In this document: piece by piece, positions 8,604 to 15,779 of the stretch
Position numbering within the stretch: the stretch's first letter is position 1
How the letters are laid out: each line of letters starts with the position of its first letter
DNA from: Bdellovibrionota bacterium
GTDB taxonomy: Bacteria > Bdellovibrionota_C > UBA2361
Direction of reading: 5' to 3'
Assembly (NCBI GenBank): GCA_044352465.1
Contig: JBILDU010000051.1
Span: forward strand, 1-20,990
Length of the DNA stretch: 20,990 nucleotides
Position numbers and translations under genes: made by a program
Notes under the pieces: generated by a model
Databases searched by the model: none
What the model saw: only the letters and a program-made list of their open reading frames with translations
Told to the model about the DNA's origin: nothing

Positions 8604-9431
8604 TCAACGCCCCCGCCCGCGGCCTTGACCACCCCGACCACGTCCCCCAAAGCGACGCCCGCCCCCTCCTTCACGACGATCAAAACGTCCTCCCCGCAAA
8701 CGCATCCCCGAATCATCGAGCCCCACTGAGCCGTAAAACTTGCGCACTTCCGAGAACACCCCACCGGCACCATCTTCAAGGGGAATAACCCCCAACTCGG
8801 GATGAAGGAAAGCGAAACGAAGCTCAACTGGTCGCTCCTTCTTGTAGACGATGCGACATTCTTTACCTCGCACGTCCTCGAGCCACCCCGCGATCTCACG
8901 GGCGTTTGATATCGACGCCGATAGCATCAGCAACGTCGTGGATGCGGGAGTCAGGATGATACTTTCCTCCCACACGGCCCCCCGCTGCGGATCGGCGATG
9001 AAGTGAACCTCATCCAGGATGACGAGCGAGAAACGCTCATAGGTCCGATACAATTCGTTACGATAGATCTCGGTCGTGGCAACGACGACATCCGCGTCAC
9101 CATCGATCTTACGATCCCCGGTCAAAAGCCCCACCTTAAACTGGGGCTCGAAGCGGTTCTTGAGCTCGGTAAACTTCGTGTTGCTGAGCGCCTTGAGCGG
9201 GGTCGTGTAGATGGCCCGGAGCTTTAACTCTAACGTCGCTCGAATAGACTCCATCGCGATGTAGGTTTTGCCCGCGCCAGTCGGAGCGACCACAAGGGTA
9301 TCGTGTCCATCGACCACCGAGGAGATCGCCTCCTGCTGAAACGGATCGACCACGAACGCCCCTTGGGGTGGCGTGCCGATCCCGTGAAAGAGGCGCTGCC
9401 GTGCCTCATCAAGATACCCTCGTTTGCTCAT
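8604..9431 (-). CDS. Ski2/HelY-like SF2 helicase, N-terminal half (RecA1) with RGG-rich tail
   Basis: DPFQQEAI (Q), APTGAGKT (I), TTPLKALSN (Ia), GLLTGD, TTEIYRN, DEVH (II), RGAVWEE, LSAS (III), ERPVEL. Confidence 0.9.
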   Translation of the reverse strand: MSKRGYLDEARQRLFHGIGTPPQGAFVVDPFQQEAISSVVDGHDTLVVAPTGAGKTYIAMESIRATLELKLRAIYTTPLKALSNTKFTELKNRFEPQFKVGLLTGDRKIDGDADVVVATTEIYRNELYRTYERFSLVILDEVHFIADPQRGAVWEESIILTPASTTLLMLSASISNAREIAGWLEDVRGKECRIVYKKERPVELRFAFLHPELGVIPLEDGAGGVFSEVRKFYGSVGLDDSGMRLRGGRFDRREGGGGRRFGGRGRGGQGRGRGR

Positions 9432-9594
9432 ACTTTTATCACCAATCCAACCGTGCCCCGCTCCCGACGCGTTGCGGCTACCTCAGACACACGCCCCCTT
9501 GCGGCGACACTGAATACTTCGGGGGAGCTCGGAGCCACCGCGTCGCACATCAGACATCCCCGCTCCCAAACCAAAAAAACTTCAGGAAAAACCA

Positions 9595-10428
9595 CTAACT
9601 TCCCGCACGTTCAGAGCTTCCATCGGTGACCGTCCGAGCCGTGCCCGAGGGGGTTCCCCCTTCACGGCTCATATCGTACCGACACGCCACAAAATGCCGC
9701 ACATCGGCGGGACCTTTCGAAACAAGCTCAGCTACCGAGCCATGAAAGGTGATCCGTCCATCAAAGAGCGCAAAGACCTCATTCACCACGGGCAGGAGTC
9801 GGCGCAGGTCCTGACTCACCATAAGCATCGTCGGCTTGTACTGCTCGTGCAATTTGACGATGAGCTCCATGATGATCCTACTTGCAATCGGATCAAGCCC
9901 CGAGGTCGGATCATCGAGGAGAACGAGCTTCGGCCGCGCGACCAACGCCCGAGCAAGCGAGACACGCCGGCGCATACCACCACTGAGCTGACCAGGCATT
10001 TTAGTGGAAGCTTTCGACAGACCTACAGCCGCCAAAATTTCCTCGACCTTTGCATGAACTTCACGTTGTTTCCGGTGGGAGAGAATCACGGTCGGCACGA
10101 AGCCATTGACGAGGGGAAACGCCACGTTGTCGAATACGTTAATCGAATCGAAGAGCGCCCCCTCTTGAAACATTAAACTGACATCGGCGGTATCTCCGAT
10201 ATTGATCGTGCCCCGGTCGATCACCCCAGCGTCGAAATCCGCAACGCCACTTAAAATCTTGAGGAGAACACTCTTCCCTCCTCCGCTCGGCCCGATGAGT
10301 CCTGCAAGCGCCCCGGGAGCCAGCTGGAGCGAGACGTCCTTTAAGACGAGTTTCTCGCCGAAGGCGCGTCGTACATGTGAAGCGGTAATCATCTTTAAAA
10401 TCTCTTCCGAACGGGGCGAGAGTATCAC
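9595..10428 (-). CDS. MlaF/Mkl-like ABC transporter ATP-binding protein with degenerate catalytic residues
   Basis: GPSGGGKS, FQEGALFDSINVFDNVAFPL, LSGGMRRRVSLARAL, LLDDPTSGLDP, MVSQDL. Start is either GTG 10428 (overlapping the dusB stop) or ATG 10392. Confidence 0.88.
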   Translation of the reverse strand: MILSPRSEEILKMITASHVRRAFGEKLVLKDVSLQLAPGALAGLIGPSGGGKSVLLKILSGVADFDAGVIDRGTINIGDTADVSLMFQEGALFDSINVFDNVAFPLVNGFVPTVILSHRKQREVHAKVEEILAAVGLSKASTKMPGQLSGGMRRRVSLARALVARPKLVLLDDPTSGLDPIASRIIMELIVKLHEQYKPTMLMVSQDLRRLLPVVNEVFALFDGRITFHGSVAELVSKGPADVRHFVACRYDMSREGGTPSGTARTVTDGSSERAGS

Positions 10429-11447
10429 GACGCAACATTTGGATTGAGGATAGCCTCGAGAGCTTTTCCGGGCACTGAACCGGCGGCCTCGTTTTCCGAT
10501 CGAACCCTTGCTAACAATTCTACCTGCTCATCGAGAGTTCGCGCTCGACAGATATCCTTGCGCCATTCTTGCCCACGACACATCTGGGACACAAGCTGCT
10601 TAATCTTGCCGATACACGCCTTCGGCGGGAATTCCTCCTGCAGTAACGCGATGTAGAGCTCGACAACATCCAGCATGAGGGCTGGATTCCCTCTGAGCCC
10701 CACCTTCTCCCCGGTATGAATCTCCCGAAAGACGAACGGATTCTCAATCGCGGCACGACCGATAAAAAGACCGGTAATACGGCCTTTCGAGCGCTCTAGC
10801 GCGCTCACGCGGTCGACGACGTCCCCACTTCCCATCACGGGGAGTTTCACCGCATCGGCTACTCCCGCGACGAATTCCCAGTCAGCCATACCACGGTAGA
10901 GCTGCGCGCGAGTTCGGCCGTGCACCGCGATCGCTTCAACCCCCTCGCCTTCGGCCATACGGGCGATTTCAACTCCATTTCGGGACTGCTCGTCCCACCC
11001 GGAACGCATCTTCATGGTGAGAGGAATCGAGACCGCTTTTCGAACCGCTTTAAAGATCTCCTTAAGGTGGTCGGGCTGGCGCATGAGCTCGCACCCGCCT
11101 CCTTTACGAACCACCTTCGGTGCTGGACAACCGCAGTTGATATCGACGAGATCAGCCCCGCAGTCTTGGACCATCTTCGCCGCGGTCGCCATCCGCTCAA
11201 TATCGTAACCGAATATCTGTATCCCGAAGGGGCGTTCCTCCGGCATGAAGCGAAGCATGCCGAGCGTTCGCCTCGATTGCCGGGTCATTCCCTCTACCGA
11301 GACGAACTCACTCACTAAAAGCCCCACCGAAGGCCCGTTCAGCTTCTTGATGAGCCGTCGAAACGCACAAGTCGTCACCCCACTCATGGGAGCCAACACC
11401 AGCCCCGGGTTTATCTGAACCCGCCCTACTGAATATCCGAGCGTCAT
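10425..11447 (-). CDS. dusB: tRNA-dihydrouridine synthase (DusB/NifR3 type)
   Basis: LAPMSGVT, DINCGCP, KGGGCELM, VHGRTRAQLY and IGRAAIENP motifs. ATG 11447 overlaps the kinase stop (ATGA) and has an AGGAG SD. Confidence 0.92.
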   Translation of the reverse strand: MTLGYSVGRVQINPGLVLAPMSGVTTCAFRRLIKKLNGPSVGLLVSEFVSVEGMTRQSRRTLGMLRFMPEERPFGIQIFGYDIERMATAAKMVQDCGADLVDINCGCPAPKVVRKGGGCELMRQPDHLKEIFKAVRKAVSIPLTMKMRSGWDEQSRNGVEIARMAEGEGVEAIAVHGRTRAQLYRGMADWEFVAGVADAVKLPVMGSGDVVDRVSALERSKGRITGLFIGRAAIENPFVFREIHTGEKVGLRGNPALMLDVVELYIALLQEEFPPKACIGKIKQLVSQMCRGQEWRKDICRARTLDEQVELLARVRSENEAAGSVPGKALEAILNPNVAS

Positions 11448-12919
11448 GCGAGTTGCTCCTCCTGGCGGAGACACTCCCGAACCTTGCGCGATAGCTCGTC
11501 AATGGTAAAAGGCTTCTGCAGAAAATCGCGCCCGCCGCTCTCCAAAATATGCTGCACCGACCGCTCCGACGAGTACCCACTGATGACGAGCACACCCAAA
11601 TTCGGATCGATCGATTTCAACTTGAAGAAGGTCTCCTCACCTGAAAGTTCGGGCATCAGCATATCGAGGACAACCAAATCGAAGGCTCCCGGACAGGCAT
11701 ATTTCTCCAACGCTTCGAGACCTGAAGACGCCACCTCCACTGAGTAACCCAAGTGCTGAAGGCTGAGACTCAAAACGTTCCGCACGGGATATTCATCATC
11801 AACGATCAGAATTCGCTCGGTGCCACGTTCAAGTTCGAGGGAAGTAGGCCTCTGGCTCACCGCCTCGACACGCTCATCCTCCAGGAGAGGGAGATAGACC
11901 GCGAACGTGCTCCCCCGCCCCTCTTCCGAGTCAACGACGATAGCACCACCGAATTCCCGCACGATCGCCGCCACGGTTGAGAGCCCAAGGCCGGTGCCCC
12001 GATCTTTTTTGGTGGAAAAATAGGGCTCGAATATCCGCTCCACCACCTGGGGAGACATCCCCGAGCCGTTATCGGTGACACTCAAGACGGCGAATCGACG
12101 CGCGGCGAGCTCACAACCGTGGAATGCCCGCGCAAGCTCCCCCGGGTCAGAGCTCTCCCCGACCGCGACGAGGATCTTTCCGTCGGACACGATCGCATCA
12201 CGAGCATTAATCGCTAGGTTAATGAGCACCTGCGCCATCTTGCCTTCGACACCGAGCACGGCGATCGGCTTTTCGGGGACCGCATACTCGAAATTGTATT
12301 CCGGAGATATCGCTCCTCGAAGCAAAACACACGTCTTAGCCACCAAGGTGTTCAGGTCAAGGCGAGTCGGTCGCTGACTCGTATCGAGCTTGGAGAATTT
12401 CAAAATCTGTTGGGTAATCGAGCTCGCCTTCTTGGCACCTTCCTCAATAGCTCCGAGCGATTCAACGTGTGGCCCGGTGGCAGGAAGGATCGTTTTTAAG
12501 TACGTCGTATGCCCAAGAATCCCGGTGAGCATGTTGTTAAAGTCGTGCGCGATCCCCCCCGAGAGTAAGCCGAGGGTCTCAAGACGCTGCGATTGGAAAG
12601 TTCGCGCATCGTCGTCTTTGGACGAGCTCGCTACAACCCGAACTAACAAAAGCCCGTCCCCGATATCCGCCTGTATCAACTTCACGGCGAAACGCTCGCC
12701 GCTTGGAGCGAGAAACTCTGTGGTAAGCTCAGCGAGTCGGGACTCCTTCGACGAAAAGCTCGGCCAAAAAGCGCTCCGTTCGACCGAGGCGGTCTTCTTG
12801 CCACCCACAAAAAGTCGGAGGGCCGCGTTTGCAAAAACACACCGACCGACGCTATCGATTATCGCAATCGGCTCTGGGAGGGCACTGATGACCGACTCGA
12901 GATGCTCAGAACTAACCAC
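11444..12919 (-). CDS. Cytoplasmic hybrid sensor histidine kinase (PAS-like + HisKA + HATPase + receiver; CckA-like architecture)
   Basis: AHDFNNML (H), NLAINARDA (N), DNGSGM (G1), FEPYFSTK (F), GTGLGL (G2); receiver ILIVDDE, DLVVLDMLMP, KPF. GTG start; no transmembrane segment seen. Confidence 0.92.
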   Translation of the reverse strand: MVSSEHLESVISALPEPIAIIDSVGRCVFANAALRLFVGGKKTASVERSAFWPSFSSKESRLAELTTEFLAPSGERFAVKLIQADIGDGLLLVRVVASSSKDDDARTFQSQRLETLGLLSGGIAHDFNNMLTGILGHTTYLKTILPATGPHVESLGAIEEGAKKASSITQQILKFSKLDTSQRPTRLDLNTLVAKTCVLLRGAISPEYNFEYAVPEKPIAVLGVEGKMAQVLINLAINARDAIVSDGKILVAVGESSDPGELARAFHGCELAARRFAVLSVTDNGSGMSPQVVERIFEPYFSTKKDRGTGLGLSTVAAIVREFGGAIVVDSEEGRGSTFAVYLPLLEDERVEAVSQRPTSLELERGTERILIVDDEYPVRNVLSLSLQHLGYSVEVASSGLEALEKYACPGAFDLVVLDMLMPELSGEETFFKLKSIDPNLGVLVISGYSSERSVQHILESGGRDFLQKPFTIDELSRKVRECLRQEEQLA

Positions 12920-13211
12920 ACCTAATCCTTACCTATCGCTCTCGCCGGGCTGCACTCAAAAGTCATTAGTTCGTGGAGACCTTCCCCCCGGCTTGAAGAG
13001 GGGCGCGGCAGCCAACCAACGTCACGGCGGTTCCCGCCATTACAGTTTCAACGAGCCCACTCGTAGAAAGAGAATTTATAAAGCTCTTCGATAGTTATAT
13101 AACTTTCCAGCCTATCACTCCAGGGCTAACCAGCAACCGCCGCCGTCGAGGCTGGGCCGCCGCTCGATAGGCGAACTTCACAGTAATGCCTCGGTATCAG
13201 TAGTTTTTTTC

Positions 13212-13240
13212 TAGACATTCCGATCCCTCGAGCCTAGACT
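13212..13240 (+). promoter_or_regulatory. sigma70-type promoter for the cold-shock gene
   Basis: TAGACA(13212-17)-17 nt-TAGACT(13235-40), preceded by a T7 tract resembling an UP element. Confidence 0.55.
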
Positions 13241-13246
13241 CGGCCT

Positions 13247-13494
13247 CGCTCAGTTCAGCTCGACGCGGGGAGCGGCCGGCCCCCTCCCCGCCGATCGGTG
13301 GTGCGAAAGATGGATCCATTGCCCGACGCGATGAATCTGAAAGCATGGAGTTTGGAGCGGCGATACCGTCACAAACTCCGGTTGCACAGCCGGTTTTAGC
13401 CGCGCTGAAATTAATTCCATCTGACCGCGCGTCAGCATCGCGAGAGTAGTTGTCGTGACGATACGCACGGGGGGAACGATTAAGGAGTAGATGT
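13247..13494 (+). promoter_or_regulatory. Long (~250 nt) structured 5' leader of the csp mRNA
   Basis: Several 5-8 bp helices (see findings); SD TAAGGAG at 13481-87. Confidence 0.5.
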
Positions 13495-13794
13495 ATGTCT
13501 GATACGTTGAAGGGCACGGTGAAGTGGTTCAATGACGCCAAAGGTTTTGGTTTCATCGAGCATACGAGTGGCAAAGATGTTTTCGTCCACTATTCGGTGA
13601 TCGAAGCTGAGGGCTTCAAAACACTGAAAGACGGCGAGGAAGTCGAATATGAGATAAAAGAGGGACCGAAAGGTTTCCATGCGATGCGGGTGCAACGCGC
13701 GGGCCAACAAGCTGCGGGCAGCGTGCTCTCGACAGAGCCGATTTCGTACGAGCCAAATCCCCCCGCAGCTGCGGCAGAGGAAGATCTCGACTAA
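13495..13794 (+). CDS. Cold-shock domain protein (CspA family) with acidic C-terminal extension
   Basis: GTVKWFN, KGFGFI (RNP1), DVFVHYS (RNP2), GFKTL; strong SD 7 nt upstream. Confidence 0.95.
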   Translation: MSDTLKGTVKWFNDAKGFGFIEHTSGKDVFVHYSVIEAEGFKTLKDGEEVEYEIKEGPKGFHAMRVQRAGQQAAGSVLSTEPISYEPNPPAAAAEEDLD

Positions 13795-13804
13795 GTCGAG
13801 ATGT

Positions 13805-13935
13805 AGCGGTTGACGGAACCGCTTTCCGGTGACGTCTGACGGACCTTCTGTTGAGGGTTTGAGATTCTCGTCTCCGTGATACAAGACGCGGCACCGGTCC
13901 TGCCCTTGAGACCTGTAGGTGTGCGTTTCCGTCGA
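13805..13935 (+). ncRNA. Candidate structured RNA element in the csp 3' region (unassigned; strand uncertain)
   Basis: Four nested helices plus a competing local hairpin, paired by hand (see findings). Confidence 0.35.
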
Positions 13936-13945
13936 ATCAAGATAG

Positions 13946-13990
13946 ACCCCCGCCCCAGAGCTTCATCAGCGAACTGGGCGGGGGTTTTTT
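13946..13990 (+). terminator. Rho-independent terminator
   Basis: ACCCCCGCCC(C)AG...CTGGGCGGGGGT stem followed by a T run, between convergent csp and rlmN. Confidence 0.8.
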
Positions 13991-14048
13991 GTATCTGCCC
14001 CTGGAACCGAGCGGCCACGAGGGAGAAAAAAACTTTCCGAAAATGGCT

Positions 14049-15212
14049 CTAGACGAGAGCCGCACCACGATTTTCAGCCAGAGCATCAGCCGGAATCACC
14101 GGCAATGCCCTTTTCATCGGCTTCCGCTCTGCTGCTTTCACCGCGAGTTGGCCACATGCGGCGCTAATGTCAGCCCCCTTCGACCACCGCACCGTGGTGT
14201 TGAGACCTTTGGCAAGGAGCGCGCGGTGCCAGGCGTGTACCCTCTCCGCTGTCGGCGCCTTGAAGCCAAGACCAGCATTCTCATTGTACGGAATAAGGTT
14301 GATCTTCGACGGGATACCCCGAAGCAACTTCGGTAGCCGCTCGAGATCGGCCGGGGTGTCGTTGACTCCCGCAAGCATCACATACTCGATCGTGATCCGG
14401 CGCCGCGGCTTTAACGGATACGCCCGCAAGGTCGCCAGCAACCGCTCGATAGGAAAGGTCCGATTGACCGGCATAATCTCATCGCGCACCTCGTCGGTGG
14501 TCGCGTTGAGTGATACCGCGAGGTTTACATCGACCCCCGAGGACCCGAATCGCTCAATAGCCGGCACGAGACCGACCGTCGAGACCGTAATCTTGCGGGT
14601 CGACAGATTCAATCCATCCGGATCGGTTAAAATTCGGAGTGCGGTCGTGACCCCTTTAAAATTGTGCAGCGGCTCCCCCATCCCCATAAAGACGATATTT
14701 TGGAACATATCGTCGAAATTCGCGGCGTCTTTGATGACCGCGCGAACCTGCCGAATGATCTCGGAGGTAGAAAGGTGTCGCCGAAAACCCATCGTACCCG
14801 TGCGACAGAACGCACACGCCATACCACAACCGATCTGCGACGACACACAAAGGGTCATCCGTTGCGGTTGCTTAATCATGACCGATTCGACGTTGTCACC
14901 CGCAGACACCTCGAGGAGATACTTCCGGGTACCATCGGCACTGATCTGGCGATCGGATATTCCAGCCTCAGGAAAGATGAAAAGCTTTTGAAGCTCCTCA
15001 CGAAGCTCACGCTTGATGTTCGTCATCGCGGAGAGGTCGGTGACCCCCTGCCGATATATCCACTGGAACAGCTGTTTTGCCCGGTAAGCCGGCTCGCCGA
15101 AACGCTCATGCAGGAGCGCCGCGAGCTCATCCTGGGATAAGGCAAAAAAATCTACCTGCGGAGCAGGCGCCGCTCCGGTCGACTCGGGGAGAATCGGTAA
15201 CGACGCCGTCAT
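14049..15212 (-). CDS. rlmN: Radical-SAM 23S rRNA/tRNA m2A methyltransferase RlmN
   Basis: DGTRKYL, LCVSSQIGCGMACAFC (CxxxCxxC), MGMGEP, LAVSL, NLIPYN, AACGQL; adjacent to ndk. Confidence 0.95.
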   Translation of the reverse strand: MTASLPILPESTGAAPAPQVDFFALSQDELAALLHERFGEPAYRAKQLFQWIYRQGVTDLSAMTNIKRELREELQKLFIFPEAGISDRQISADGTRKYLLEVSAGDNVESVMIKQPQRMTLCVSSQIGCGMACAFCRTGTMGFRRHLSTSEIIRQVRAVIKDAANFDDMFQNIVFMGMGEPLHNFKGVTTALRILTDPDGLNLSTRKITVSTVGLVPAIERFGSSGVDVNLAVSLNATTDEVRDEIMPVNRTFPIERLLATLRAYPLKPRRRITIEYVMLAGVNDTPADLERLPKLLRGIPSKINLIPYNENAGLGFKAPTAERVHAWHRALLAKGLNTTVRWSKGADISAACGQLAVKAAERKPMKRALPVIPADALAENRGAALV

Positions 15213-15224
15213 CGGGTGAACCGC

Positions 15225-15635
15225 TTAGAGATCAGGGAAGAAAAAACGAACTTCGATCGCTGCATTCTCAAGGCTATCCGAGCCGTGCACGGCATTTGCA
15301 TTAATGCTGTCGGCGAAATCAGCCCGAATGGTGCCTTGATCGGCTTTCTTCGGGTCGGTTGCCCCCATGAGCTTCCGGTTGAGTGCCACCGCGCCCTCCC
15401 CCTCAAGCACCGATACAACCACGGCGCCGTTCGTCATGTACTCACAGAGCTCTCCGTAAAAGGGACGCTCCTTGTGAACCTTATAAAACTCCCCCGCCTG
15501 AGCCATGGTCAGCTTCATCATTCGACAGGCAACGATCTTCAGACCGGCATCTTCAAAGCGGGTTAAGATCTTACCGACAACGTTCTTCGCCGTTGCGTCG
15601 GGCTTGATAATAGAAAGGGTGCGCTCAATCGCCAT
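15225..15635 (-). CDS. ndk: Nucleoside diphosphate kinase
   Basis: [18 protein letters not shown] and NAVHGSDS active-site motifs; GGAG SD. Confidence 0.97.
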   Translation of the reverse strand: MAIERTLSIIKPDATAKNVVGKILTRFEDAGLKIVACRMMKLTMAQAGEFYKVHKERPFYGELCEYMTNGAVVVSVLEGEGAVALNRKLMGATDPKKADQGTIRADFADSINANAVHGSDSLENAAIEVRFFFPDL

Positions 15636-15779
15636 TTGTTATCTCCGTTTAAATCACTTCCCGCACCAGCGCCTCGAAGCGCGCGGGGCCCCTATGGTAC
15701 GAGCTTTTCGATATTTAGGGAATTCCCCGCGACGCCAACGAAAACTGGCAATACTTTCAGCTTATTAGACCAACCGACA

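Noticed and set aside
8601..8606. Stop-codon reassignment or Sec/Pyl readthrough fusing the helicase halves
   Set aside because: It would need both TGA and TAG read through consecutively, and both codons terminate other clear genes here (e.g. TGA for dusB and the kinase, TAG for BCCP and rlmN).
13491..13502. Overlapping mini-ORF ATG TAT GTC TGA at the csp start
   Set aside because: Only 3 nt from the SD, whereas ATG 13495 has the optimal 7-nt spacing.
14167..14991. 274-aa plus-strand ORF (and similar long ORFs at 76-678, 12390-13094, 16329-17132, 19518-20147)
   Set aside because: Antisense shadows of well-supported genes, with no motifs; expected in GC-rich DNA.
14049..15212. Possible Cfr-type resistance methyltransferase
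   Set aside because: MGMGEP motif and ndk-adjacent housekeeping context indicate RlmN; no mobile element nearby.
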